Assembly: GCA_050950145.1 (NCBI GenBank)
Contig: JBMNHB010000001.1
Coordinates: forward strand, 556,820-620,819
Direction of reading: 5' to 3'
From: Candidatus Dojkabacteria bacterium
Lineage (GTDB): Bacteria; Patescibacteriota; Dojkabacteria; SC72
DNA: 64,000 nucleotides
Of the stretch, positions 10,131 to 19,587 are shown in pieces. Under the pieces are notes generated by a model. It did no database searches and was not told where the DNA came from. It was given only the letters and a program-made list of their open reading frames with translations. The translations under genes were made by a program, and so were the position numbers. Each line of letters opens with the position of its first letter. The stretch's first letter is position 1.

Positions 10131-10819
10131 TCTTTCTGTAACTTCTTAATCTTTGCAACCATATCAGAGAAATATGTATATACAAAAAAGAGAATGAAAG
10201 ATATTGCAAGAATCTCAAAGGCTTCCTCCCAAAACACAAGAGTTCCGTACCCTTCTTGAAACATAATATTTGGCTTTGTGCTAACAAATTCTATAACTAA
10301 ACCAAGTACAAGAAATATTAAACCGATCATTAAAAGCATTGCTCTTTTCCAATTCTTTTTAATAAACTTCATTAAGAATACCCCTACAACAACAAAGAAA
10401 ATTAAGAAAGGAATTATGTAGTATGGTAACCATGTTGTTGATTCATATCCAAATTCACTTACAACATCCTGCAAATTCCTTTGTCCTTCCTTGATAAAAA
10501 GTTCATTAAAGAAAGTAGGTAGGTTTTCATGTATCTGACCTACTTCATCTAAAGCAAGAAAGAGAAATACAAATGCAAAGAAGATCCAAAAATACTTAAA
10601 CTTACCATCAGTAGAAAGAAATAGATAAAAAGCAAAGAATGAAACCAAAAGGACCTTCATACCTTGATATATCGTAGGTAAATTACTCTCTACATCCAAA
10701 TTAAAAAATGTTTTTTCTGGGAAAAGAGAATGTAAAAGCAGAACAAGTGAATCAACAAAAAGAAAAAGAATTATGAACGATATTAACTTGTTTTGTACAA
10801 TCCAACTCCTTAATTTCAT
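10124..10819 (-). CDS. polytopic membrane protein, hypothetical
   Basis: 231-aa ORF with 6-7 hydrophobic segments. Confidence 0.45.
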   Translation of the reverse strand: MKLRSWIVQNKLISFIILFLFVDSLVLLLHSLFPEKTFFNLDVESNLPTIYQGMKVLLVSFFAFYLFLSTDGKFKYFWIFFAFVFLFLALDEVGQIHENLPTFFNELFIKEGQRNLQDVVSEFGYESTTWLPYYIIPFLIFFVVVGVFLMKFIKKNWKRAMLLMIGLIFLVLGLVIEFVSTKPNIMFQEGYGTLVFWEEAFEILAISFILFFVYTYFSDMVAKIKKLQKDS

Positions 10820-10849
10820 GGGTTAGAATACCATAATACGAAAAAGAAA

Positions 10850-10932
10850 GCGACTATAGTAAATTAACTAATCGTAACAAAAGTATGTTTAATCCTCACC
10901 CAGTAAGAAGAATCTTACAGACCTGGTCTGGT
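10850..10932 (+). promoter_or_regulatory. palindrome-bearing promoter element (family copy 2, inverted) upstream of rpmE
   Basis: The tail TAAATTAACTAATCGTAACAAAAG is the reverse complement of the tail of copy 1. Then ACAGACCTGGTCTGG, then GATAGTATAAT (-10), then 13 nt to the rpmE ATG. Confidence 0.5.
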
Positions 10933-10974
10933 TAATGAAATTGACATACGAAGATTCGGATAGTATAATCCAAC

Positions 10975-11319
10975 TTGCTTATGAAAAAAGACATACATCC
11001 AAAATATAATAATGAATTCAAGATTACATGTTCATGTGGTAATTCTTTTGTTACTGGTTCTACCCTACTTGAAGATGGAATAACAGTAGATATCTGTTCT
11101 AAGTGCCATCCTTTCTATACAGGAGAACAGAAAATTGTTGACACTGACAATGTTGTTAGAAAGTACGAGGAGAGATTAGAGAAATCTAAGAAGATGTCTT
11201 TCACAAGCAAGAAAGAAAAAATGGCTAAAAGAAGAGAGAAGATGGAAAAAATGGCATCTACTCCTGCTACTTCACTCTCTTTAAGAGATATGCTTGCAAA
11301 CGCAAAAATCTCTAAGTAA
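10975..11319 (+). CDS. rpmE: 50S ribosomal protein L31 with a basic C-terminal extension
   Basis: MKKDIHPKY...CSCGN...CSKCHPFYTG. Confidence 0.85.
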   Translation: MLMKKDIHPKYNNEFKITCSCGNSFVTGSTLLEDGITVDICSKCHPFYTGEQKIVDTDNVVRKYEERLEKSKKMSFTSKKEKMAKRREKMEKMASTPATSLSLRDMLANAKISK

Positions 11320-11361
11320 CAGTTTCCAATATAATATAATGTTTTGTGATATCATCTAGAG

Positions 11362-12462
11362 ATGGATATTGAATCATTAAAGAAAAAATATAAAGAAAAT
11401 ACAGCACAAGAAAAAGTTGTTGAGTTGGAAGAGCAGATGAAAAAAGGGATTGAGAGTGGTGATAGGAATATTGGAGATATTAGTGCTGATTTAGCCTACT
11501 ATTCAGAACTCTCATACAAGACTTCAGATATGCAGAAAGCTCTATCCGATTTAGAAAACACAAAAGAGATGGTTAAGAATGAGCAGGATTTAGAGTTAAA
11601 AGAGATGGCATCAGAGGAGATGACTAATCTAGAAGAAAGAATCACATCATTAGACAGTGAGATTAAGAAGCTACAGATATCTAGGAAGTTTGTTGATGAG
11701 GATGATAATAGGTCTGCGATTTTAGAAATTAGAGCTGGTGCTGGTGGTGACGAGGCTGCTCTTTTTGCTGCAGATCTTTTTAGGATGTACAAAAACTATG
11801 CAACTTCAAATGGTTGGAAGATGGAAATAATAGATAGTAATGTTACAGAAGGTGGTGGGTATAAGGAAGTTATCGCACATATTGAAGGTAAGAATGTATT
11901 TAAGAACCTTAAGTATGAAAGTGGTGTTCATAGAGTACAGAGAGTCCCATCTACTGAGTCCTCCGGTAGGATTCACACCTCTACTGCCTCTGTAGCTATC
12001 CTTCCTGAGGCAAAAGACCTAGATATTGTTATTGACCCTGCTGACCTAAGAATAGATGTTATGAGAGCATCTGGAGCTGGTGGACAGAAAGTAAATAGAA
12101 CAGATTCTGCAGTAAGAATAACTCACCTACCCACAGGTATAGTTGCTAGTTGCCAAGAAACAAAACATCAACAACAGAATAGAGAGAAAGCCATGGCTAT
12201 TCTCAGATCAAGACTCTATGACTTAAAAAGACAAGAGGAGGCAGAAAAGAGAGCCGATATGAGGCTTTCACAAATTGGTTCTTCTATGAGAGCAGAAAAG
12301 ATTAGAACTTATAATTTCCCACAAAACAGAATTACAGATCATAGAGTAAAGTTATCATGGCATAATCTAGAATCAATACTTAATGGAAACATACAAGAGA
12401 TGATTGATGACATTAAAGATGGTATTCAAAGTCAACTTTTAGCTCAGGAAGATGAATCTTAA
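11362..12462 (+). CDS. prfA: peptide chain release factor 1
   Basis: GGQ motif (SGAGGQKVN). RF1-type PxT-region [17 protein letters not shown]. Confidence 0.9.
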   Translation: MDIESLKKKYKENTAQEKVVELEEQMKKGIESGDRNIGDISADLAYYSELSYKTSDMQKALSDLENTKEMVKNEQDLELKEMASEEMTNLEERITSLDSEIKKLQISRKFVDEDDNRSAILEIRAGAGGDEAALFAADLFRMYKNYATSNGWKMEIIDSNVTEGGGYKEVIAHIEGKNVFKNLKYESGVHRVQRVPSTESSGRIHTSTASVAILPEAKDLDIVIDPADLRIDVMRASGAGGQKVNRTDSAVRITHLPTGIVASCQETKHQQQNREKAMAILRSRLYDLKRQEEAEKRADMRLSQIGSSMRAEKIRTYNFPQNRITDHRVKLSWHNLESILNGNIQEMIDDIKDGIQSQLLAQEDES

Positions 12463-13288
12463 AAAACTTTTTCAGATACAGAAAACTTTAGAAAAGACAG
12501 GATATTTTGATATATCTAGAGTTGCTAATGAGATATATAGCTATTCAGAAGAAAAGGATGTCGAAATAGAAGATATCTTAAAAAGGATAGAGAATGATGA
12601 ACCTTGGGAATATATTCGTGGATATGCAGAGTTTAGAGGTATAAATTTCTTAGTAACAGAAGATACATTAATACCAAGAATAGAGACAGAACAAATTGTT
12701 GATATTGCACTAGACTTAATTAAAAAAAAGAATACCCCCTACTCTAGAATTATTGATATTGGTACAGGAACAGGTTGTATTATTATCTCCCTGTATAAAG
12801 AGTTAAAGAAAAATAAAGAAGAGATAAAGGAGAAAGAAAAAAGAAATCAAGATGAAGAATATATATTTCTAGCAACAGATAGTAGTAAAAAAACTTTAGA
12901 TATTGCAAAAGAGAATGCTAAAAGAAATTCCATTAAGAATATCTCTTTTGTTAAAAAGAATCTGATTAGTATTGAAGATTTAGAAAATAATTCCTTAGTG
13001 TTAGCTAATCTTCCATACATTCCTACTAATATGTATGTGAAATTAGATAGATCTGTTAAAGATTTTGAACCTAAAAAAGCATTAGATGGAGGAAAAGACG
13101 GTCTTAAATACTACAAAGAACTCCTTTCTATTATTCAAGATTCTAAGAAAAAGAATATAGATTTAGTTGTAGAAATAGAGCCTAGCACACTTAAAGATTT
13201 CAAAAAGCTGGTACCTGAAAATACCAACTTAAAGACCATTAAAGATTTTAGGAATCAAGACAGATTCTTACTCCTCCATTTCGCCTAG
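12452..13288 (+). CDS. prmC: release-factor glutamine N5-methyltransferase PrmC/HemK
   Basis: NLPYIP (NPPY motif). SAM-binding DIGTGTGCI. Overlaps prfA by 11 nt. Confidence 0.8.
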   Translation: MNLKKLFQIQKTLEKTGYFDISRVANEIYSYSEEKDVEIEDILKRIENDEPWEYIRGYAEFRGINFLVTEDTLIPRIETEQIVDIALDLIKKKNTPYSRIIDIGTGTGCIIISLYKELKKNKEEIKEKEKRNQDEEYIFLATDSSKKTLDIAKENAKRNSIKNISFVKKNLISIEDLENNSLVLANLPYIPTNMYVKLDRSVKDFEPKKALDGGKDGLKYYKELLSIIQDSKKKNIDLVVEIEPSTLKDFKKLVPENTNLKTIKDFRNQDRFLLLHFA

Positions 13289-14500
13289 TACAACTGTAAA
13301 TTTCTGCTCAGCTCCTTCTCTCCAAACCTTTACTTCTACACTCTCCCCTACTTTATGCTTTTGAATCATCTCTGCAAGAGACCTATTAACTTTCTCACCT
13401 CCGAATTCAATTATAAAGTCACCTCGTCTAATGCCTGCTGTGTATGCTGGAGAGAGAGGATCTATTCTTACAACAAGTGCACCTGGTACAACATCTTTGT
13501 AATACAGTGCTTCGTATTCTGAAATCATCTGGTAAGAGACTCCTAAGAATGGTCGGATGAATTTACCATAAGTTCTATACTCCTCTAATCTACTCTTTAC
13601 CTTGTTTATCGGTAATGCAAAGGAAATATTATCCACTCCAGATGTTGTAGCAAAGTTAACACCAATTACTTCTCCTTGTGAGTTAAGTAATGGTCCACCA
13701 GAGTTTCCAGGATTAATTGCAGCATCTGTTTGAATTACCCCCTCATAACTCTTTGTTGTACTACCAAACCAACCAGTACCTGCTGTAACACTTCTATCTA
13801 AGCCACTAATAATTCCAGTTGTAACACTGCCTGAGTACTCTCCCAATGGTGTACCAATTGCAATAGCTTCTTGACCAACGACCAATTTATCAGAATTCCC
13901 TAATTTTAAAGCTTTAATCTCTTTATCTTTCTTATCTATTCTTAAAACAGCAATATCAGAAATATCATCTCTAAGAACTTTAGTCACTTCAAACATATCA
14001 CCGTTATGAGATACAACTTTGTATGTTGCATTTGTATCAGAAACAACATGCTGATTGGTCACAACAATTCCACTCTCATCAACGATAAAGCCTGTTCCAA
14101 TTTTACTAGTTTTATCCCCTACTCCTTCACCTGGTTTAAGCGTAATTTGAGAAACAGCAATACTTACCACTGATTCCTGACTCTCCTTTACAATATTTAT
14201 TGTATTTGCCTCCCTTTCTGTTACAACTAACTCATAACTATCTTTCTTCTCACCACTCTTAAAAGTATCAATATATTTCCTTAAAGGACCTTTCTCTCCA
14301 AAAAGCAAAAACAATATTAATAATGTTGTCATTATTGTTGAGAAACAAACAAGAATTAAACCACCAAAAACAAAGTCAAGAATATTCTTTTTCTTTTTTG
14401 TTTTTTTAACAACAGGAATATCTTTTTTTTCTTCCTTCTTCTCTTCTATTTTTTCAATAACAGGAATATCTTTTTTCCCTTCTTCTTTTTTCTCTTCCAT
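13268..14500 (-). CDS. htrA: HtrA/DegP-family trypsin-like serine protease with a PDZ domain and an N-terminal membrane anchor
   Basis: GNSGGPLLNSQGEVIGVN. His and Asp catalytic blocks. C-terminal PDZ domain. Confidence 0.85.
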   Translation of the reverse strand: MEEKKEEGKKDIPVIEKIEEKKEEKKDIPVVKKTKKKKNILDFVFGGLILVCFSTIMTTLLILFLLFGEKGPLRKYIDTFKSGEKKDSYELVVTEREANTINIVKESQESVVSIAVSQITLKPGEGVGDKTSKIGTGFIVDESGIVVTNQHVVSDTNATYKVVSHNGDMFEVTKVLRDDISDIAVLRIDKKDKEIKALKLGNSDKLVVGQEAIAIGTPLGEYSGSVTTGIISGLDRSVTAGTGWFGSTTKSYEGVIQTDAAINPGNSGGPLLNSQGEVIGVNFATTSGVDNISFALPINKVKSRLEEYRTYGKFIRPFLGVSYQMISEYEALYYKDVVPGALVVRIDPLSPAYTAGIRRGDFIIEFGGEKVNRSLAEMIQKHKVGESVEVKVWREGAEQKFTVVLGEMEE

Positions 14501-14518
14501 ATTCTTTAACTATTTAAT

Positions 14519-15748
14519 TTATTTACTTAATTCCTCAATAGCTTTGTTAAGCTGAGGATCTATACCCTTTTCAAAGTCTGCATTACTGTAAGGAACATTA
14601 ATATCTGGAACAATTGGATTATCCCTATCTATATTCTTCCCATCAGGGAGTAACCATTTAACAACAGTTAAATGAAGACTAGAACCATCATTGAAATCAA
14701 AAATATTCTGTGCAGTACCTTTTCCATATGTCATCCTACCCATCAAAGTTGCTCTTTTTGCCTGTTGTAAAGCTCCTGCAACTATTTCTGAAGCTGATGC
14801 ACTTCCCTCATCAATTAATACTAAAATTTTAGCATCAACTAAAGCACCTCCCTTTGTAGATTCATATTTCTTAACATTTCCCTTAGCATCTCTTTGTTGC
14901 GAGATAACGAAACCTTCATTAAGAATATCATCAACAGCATATATTGCAGCATCAAAATACCCTCCTGGATTACTTCTCAAATCTAAAATTACTCTATCTA
15001 CTTTAGCCTCTTTAATACTTCTAACACTCTTATCCCATTCAGCCTTCCAAGAAGCCAACGAACTATCAGTAAATCTTGACACCTTAAAATGTGCAATGTC
15101 TTTCTTTTCTCCAATAAATTCTAATGTCATACTAGGAACAGTAATCTCCCCTCTGGTTATTTTTACTTCTGTTGTTTGTCTGTCCCCTTTATGCAGAACT
15201 GTCAATGTAACATCTGTACCAGCTTTACCTCTAATCTTAGCAACAGCATCATATACTGTATCTTCTGGAGTAAGAGTATATCCATCTACCTTAACAATGT
15301 AATCTCCAGGTCTAATACCTGCAGCTTTTGCAGGAGATCCATCAATAGGAGCAACAACTACAACCTGACCTTCATGATACCCTAATTCTGCCCCTATTCC
15401 TTCAAAATACTTACCCTCACTTGCAGCATCATATTCCTTTGTCTCTTCTGGATCTAAATATGTCGTCCCGACATCAGAGATTGAACTAATCATCCCTCTT
15501 ATAGCACCATATATCATAGCTTTCTCATCCAACTTGTCAGCATCAACATAGTTTCTCTTTGTAGTCTCCCATACATTCCAAAACATAGTCATATCTGCTT
15601 TCTTTCCAAAAGAGGATGCAGACAATACCATACCAGCGTCTTGCACACTATAATTTCTACCAACAAGTAATCCTACAACAAAAGCTACAACTACTAGCAG
15701 TGAATATCCTAATATTTTCCCATTTTTTTTCTGTTTATCTTCCATCAT
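14519..15748 (-). CDS. ctpA: C-terminal processing (tail-specific) peptidase S41, CtpA-like
   Basis: PDZ domain plus the S41 core NPGGYFDAAI...GSASASEIVAGALQ. Confidence 0.85.
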   Translation of the reverse strand: MMEDKQKKNGKILGYSLLVVVAFVVGLLVGRNYSVQDAGMVLSASSFGKKADMTMFWNVWETTKRNYVDADKLDEKAMIYGAIRGMISSISDVGTTYLDPEETKEYDAASEGKYFEGIGAELGYHEGQVVVVAPIDGSPAKAAGIRPGDYIVKVDGYTLTPEDTVYDAVAKIRGKAGTDVTLTVLHKGDRQTTEVKITRGEITVPSMTLEFIGEKKDIAHFKVSRFTDSSLASWKAEWDKSVRSIKEAKVDRVILDLRSNPGGYFDAAIYAVDDILNEGFVISQQRDAKGNVKKYESTKGGALVDAKILVLIDEGSASASEIVAGALQQAKRATLMGRMTYGKGTAQNIFDFNDGSSLHLTVVKWLLPDGKNIDRDNPIVPDINVPYSNADFEKGIDPQLNKAIEELSK

Positions 15749-15795
15749 CTATTCAAGAAAATTTAATTATGTAATGTCTAGTGAACAATTATACT

Positions 15796-16821
15796 CTAAA
15801 GAGAAATAAATTCTACTGAACCTATATGTATCATTCCTTTAGAACCACCCTCCCACTCTACAGTTAGAAAAGAACCTTCCTCTTCAACCCCAACAATCTT
15901 CCCTATCATTGAATAATTAGAAAGAGAAAGAGATCTTACAGTAGAACCTATTAAATTCTTAACAAAATTTCCTTTTGTTTCTTTTCCTTTATAATCTGAA
16001 AGGAAAAATATCTGACTTTCATCTAAATCAACTACACAGAGACTAGAATCTTTACTTCCAATAGATTTCAAAATCTCATTTCCACAAGATATCTCTCCAA
16101 AACCACCTAATATGCCAAGTGGTAGAGTTTGCTTTCTAAAATCAGAGTAATCCATAGAGTATGTAAGAACAAATGCTGCACCTTTCTCAAAGAGATCCTG
16201 CAAAAGAGATGTATGAAGATGTTTACCAGCAAAAACAATCTTGTTAGTATAATCTTCTCCTTCTGCTTTTACTTTAAGATTAACTCCATCCCCTATTACT
16301 ACAAACTCTCCAAATATTTTACCCTTCTCTTCTTCTTGATACATTTTAGAAAGAACTTTGATATCCATAGCTGATACCTTTGCTTTAACAACAATACCAT
16401 CTACTAGATTCACTTCCATTATTTCTCCAGTAAATGAACTCTTAAAAACAGAATTTGTCTCCTCTCCAAGAATATCTATATATCCACCATCTAATCTACT
16501 TAAATCTACAACCCCCTCTATGGGAGAAATTAGTTTCTTAACAGTTAGACCTCCAGTTGTTTCTTTTTCAACTAAAACATCCCCTTCTTTTACTAATTCT
16601 CCATTAATACAGGTGACATACTTTTTAACATCCCCTGCTGAGATAGGGATCTCGTTTGGAACATAGAAAGTATATGCTTTGGAATTCTGATTCCTTTCAA
16701 GAATAGGATCCCCTACTTTTACCTTCTGTCCTTCTTTAACCAACACTTTATCAGAAGAGGTATAAGGAATTTTGAATTCATAGTCATCATACCTACTTAG
16801 TATTTCATGTTTAATTATCAT
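15796..16821 (-). CDS. hypothetical protein (341 aa)
   Basis: Long ORF. Its start overlaps the upstream ORF's stop by 11 nt. Confidence 0.4.
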   Translation of the reverse strand: MIIKHEILSRYDDYEFKIPYTSSDKVLVKEGQKVKVGDPILERNQNSKAYTFYVPNEIPISAGDVKKYVTCINGELVKEGDVLVEKETTGGLTVKKLISPIEGVVDLSRLDGGYIDILGEETNSVFKSSFTGEIMEVNLVDGIVVKAKVSAMDIKVLSKMYQEEEKGKIFGEFVVIGDGVNLKVKAEGEDYTNKIVFAGKHLHTSLLQDLFEKGAAFVLTYSMDYSDFRKQTLPLGILGGFGEISCGNEILKSIGSKDSSLCVVDLDESQIFFLSDYKGKETKGNFVKNLIGSTVRSLSLSNYSMIGKIVGVEEEGSFLTVEWEGGSKGMIHIGSVEFISL

Positions 16822-18169
16822 TTATCCAAGACTGTAATTTAACTCTGTTTGTATATGCATCAGGACCATAAACTATTGGCCTCTGTCTAAAATCAAACAG
16901 TAAACTCTCTATTTCACTAACCCCTGGTATTGAGATATATTCTAAAGATGTTTCTCCTAAAGGATATGTCTTTGCTCCATTTCTTAGATTCATACTTAAT
17001 ATCATTTTCTCTTCATGTTTTGGTAATTCCATTATGGTATATTGTGAAGAGAGAGCATAGAAATCACTTCTCTCTATATCTAATGACTCAATATTTCCAC
17101 TTAACAATACTCTGTTTCTCTTACTATCTTTTGTTAATGGAATTATTACTTTAGTTAATTTAGGTAGTATAGAGCCTTTTGTTAGTATGATATCTGTACT
17201 TTCTGTTGCATTTACATATGATTTACCAAAAGCTATTGTTTTTAAATCTAAATCAAAGTAACAATCAAAGTTACCTGTTATTTCAAGCCCATCTATAATA
17301 CTTAACATTGTTTTAGACAAACCTAACACTCTAGGAATATTTCCAGTAACTATCATTGCTGTCTTTGTATACTCTCTTCCAAAACCTTCTATTTTTGCTT
17401 TGTTATCTCTGTATATCGAGAAATTTTGAATTGTAGAGTATGCACGAATAATATCTAGTAGAGAATTATCCTGAACAACAAGTGGTTTATCTATCACAAA
17501 ATTACCCCATATATTAAAAAGGTTCTCAGATGATATCTCTGTTGCAAGAAATGCATTAAATCTACTATCTTTAACAGAATCAATTAAGGATATTTCATCT
17601 TTCCATGACAATTTAGACTTTGTGAATGATAATTTACCTGTGGGTTTACCCTTTTCATAATCTGCCTTTACTCTAAATATTGAGAAGTGGAAGAGATCCA
17701 TATCTACTAACATTAGGTCATCTAGATTCATTCTTCGTAAAATTCCCTCTAAAACACTATTCATATATTGATCATCTACCACCCTCAGGGACACATCATT
17801 AGAGAAATCTCTTACAGAATCAAATATCTCTCTGAAAAATTCTTGATTGTCATCTATCTGTACTCTTACTCCAGATATACCATCTCCCTCCTCTTTGAAT
17901 CTTCTAAATGTAAATATTGATGATTTATCTTTATCTACAATGTTCCAATTAAATACATTTTCTAAATTATCAAAGTATTCAAACCAAAAGTCTTTAGTAA
18001 AGACATTGTCATCTAAAAGAAATCTTAAGGAATTGATATCTGTATAGTCAGAAAGTATATATTCTCTGTTGGCATTGTAGTCCATATATGCAAGATATCC
18101 CCAGATACCATTATCTTTAATCAATACATTGATATATGCATTTTTTTCCAATATGGACAGTTTTGGCAT
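16811..18169 (-). CDS. hypothetical protein (452 aa)
   Basis: Long ORF. No signal peptide, transmembrane segment, or recognisable motif. Confidence 0.4.
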   Translation of the reverse strand: MPKLSILEKNAYINVLIKDNGIWGYLAYMDYNANREYILSDYTDINSLRFLLDDNVFTKDFWFEYFDNLENVFNWNIVDKDKSSIFTFRRFKEEGDGISGVRVQIDDNQEFFREIFDSVRDFSNDVSLRVVDDQYMNSVLEGILRRMNLDDLMLVDMDLFHFSIFRVKADYEKGKPTGKLSFTKSKLSWKDEISLIDSVKDSRFNAFLATEISSENLFNIWGNFVIDKPLVVQDNSLLDIIRAYSTIQNFSIYRDNKAKIEGFGREYTKTAMIVTGNIPRVLGLSKTMLSIIDGLEITGNFDCYFDLDLKTIAFGKSYVNATESTDIILTKGSILPKLTKVIIPLTKDSKRNRVLLSGNIESLDIERSDFYALSSQYTIMELPKHEEKMILSMNLRNGAKTYPLGETSLEYISIPGVSEIESLLFDFRQRPIVYGPDAYTNRVKLQSWINDN

Positions 18170-18252
18170 ACTCTATATTACTGAATGTCTAACATATTTT
18201 CAACAAAAAGGGAGGCTTTTAGACCTCCCTTTCTAAACCAAATCTAATTTAC

Positions 18253-18591
18253 CTATTCATTGGAAGAATATGGAAGTAAAGCCATATATCTTGCTCTTCT
18301 AATAGCTAACTTTAACTGTTTCTGGTGTTTGTGACATGCTCCAGACTTCTCTGTAGATATCATCTTACCTCTAACAGATGTAAATTTCTTTAGTTGATAT
18401 ACATCCTTGTACCCTACACTCTTAACACCTGCTTCACATAGAGGACATTTTAGATTCTGAATAATCTTTCTTCTCCTTCGTGGCTTTTTCTTTTGCATAG
18501 AAAAGCTGTCATCCTCTGTAAAAGATCTATCATCATAGACATCATTTAGAGATGGTGTTTGTATATCTGTATTTTTTACTTCCTCTGACAT
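18253..18591 (-). CDS. rpsR: 30S ribosomal protein S18 with an N-terminal extension
   Basis: ...GACHKHQKQLKLAIRRARYMALLPY matches the S18 core ([23 protein letters not shown]). Confidence 0.8.
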   Translation of the reverse strand: MSEEVKNTDIQTPSLNDVYDDRSFTEDDSFSMQKKKPRRRRKIIQNLKCPLCEAGVKSVGYKDVYQLKKFTSVRGKMISTEKSGACHKHQKQLKLAIRRARYMALLPYSSNE

Positions 18592-18609
18592 TCCTTAATA
18601 TATCTTAAA

Positions 18610-19089
18610 TTAAAAAGGTAAATCTTCCTCCAATGGATCCTGATCTTCTTCCTCAGTTTCTTCTACTGGAGCTTCTTCTTTCTTAGATTTCTTAGCTGGT
18701 TTCTCTTCTTCATCTTTCTCCTCTACTCCGTCCATACCTGCACCCTGTTTTCCTTTACTATCTAAAAGAATCATATCCTCTACTCTAATCTCTGTTTTGT
18801 ATCTTGTACTTCCATCTTCTGCTTCCCAACTTCTTGTATTTAGAGAACCTTCAACATATACCTTCATACCCTTTGCAAGTAACTGCTGACAGATCTCTGC
18901 CATTTTGTTCCATGCAACTAAGTTATGGAATTCTGCTATCTCTTTTGTCTCTCCATCTTCATCCTTCCATGACTTATTTGTAGCCATCCCAAATGTGACT
19001 ACTGGAGTCCCAGAGTTTGTATATCTCATCTCTGGGTCTCTTGTTAGGTTTCCTATTAGGAGAACCTTATTTAAAGATCTTGCTGCCAT
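18610..19089 (-). CDS. ssb: single-stranded DNA-binding protein
   Basis: OB-fold N-terminus. Acidic tail ending DLPF. Confidence 0.85.
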   Translation of the reverse strand: MAARSLNKVLLIGNLTRDPEMRYTNSGTPVVTFGMATNKSWKDEDGETKEIAEFHNLVAWNKMAEICQQLLAKGMKVYVEGSLNTRSWEAEDGSTRYKTEIRVEDMILLDSKGKQGAGMDGVEEKDEEEKPAKKSKKEEAPVEETEEEDQDPLEEDLPF

Positions 19090-19149
19090 TTATTTATATA
19101 TAATAATTTAACTTACCTATTACTTTAACCTAAAATTATTAAATCTAGA

Positions 19150-19497
19150 TTAAATCTCAATTTCTTTTTTCTTAATACTCTTCCCTATCTTGGAAGTGTC
19201 ATCAATACTAACTATCATGAATCTCAAAACTTCCTGTTTTAATTGCATCTGTCTTTTTATCTCTGCTATCTCCTCAGGATATACTTTAAAGTCATATACT
19301 ATGTAATATGCTTCATTATGCCCATTTATTGGATATGCTAAATATCTCTTACCCCATACATCTACATCCAAAACCTCTCCACCTACCTCTTTAACACCAT
19401 TTACAAATTCTTTGTGCATTTGTTTTCTTAAATCATCAGGTAACAAAGGTTTAAGAGCAATCATCATCTCATAATTATTCAATTTCTTTACTGCCAT
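19150..19497 (-). CDS. rpsF: 30S ribosomal protein S6
   Basis: Size, and position in a conserved rpsF-ssb-rpsR operon. Confidence 0.7.
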   Translation of the reverse strand: MAVKKLNNYEMMIALKPLLPDDLRKQMHKEFVNGVKEVGGEVLDVDVWGKRYLAYPINGHNEAYYIVYDFKVYPEEIAEIKRQMQLKQEVLRFMIVSIDDTSKIGKSIKKKEIEI

Positions 19498-19587
19498 TTC
19501 TATGTATATTAAATTAACAACTAAAGGATTCTAGCAAAAAAAAGAGAGTAAGACAATATATACTTCTATGATTTTAAATATTTTCAT

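Noticed and set aside
10053-10932. Inverted copies of the palindrome element flanking the membrane-protein gene 10124-10819, as possible transposon terminal repeats
   Set aside because: Each copy abuts a -10 box and start codon of an outward-facing gene (the csoR-like gene and rpmE). Divergent promoters explain the arrangement. No transposase is present.
14691-15302. Internal opposite-strand ORFs (e.g. 14691-15302, 30393-30896, 41664-42080, 52308-53363, 16358-16666)
   Set aside because: They are fully embedded antisense in well-supported genes (ctpA, deoA, cysS, the surface protein, and the hypothetical gene at 15796-16821).
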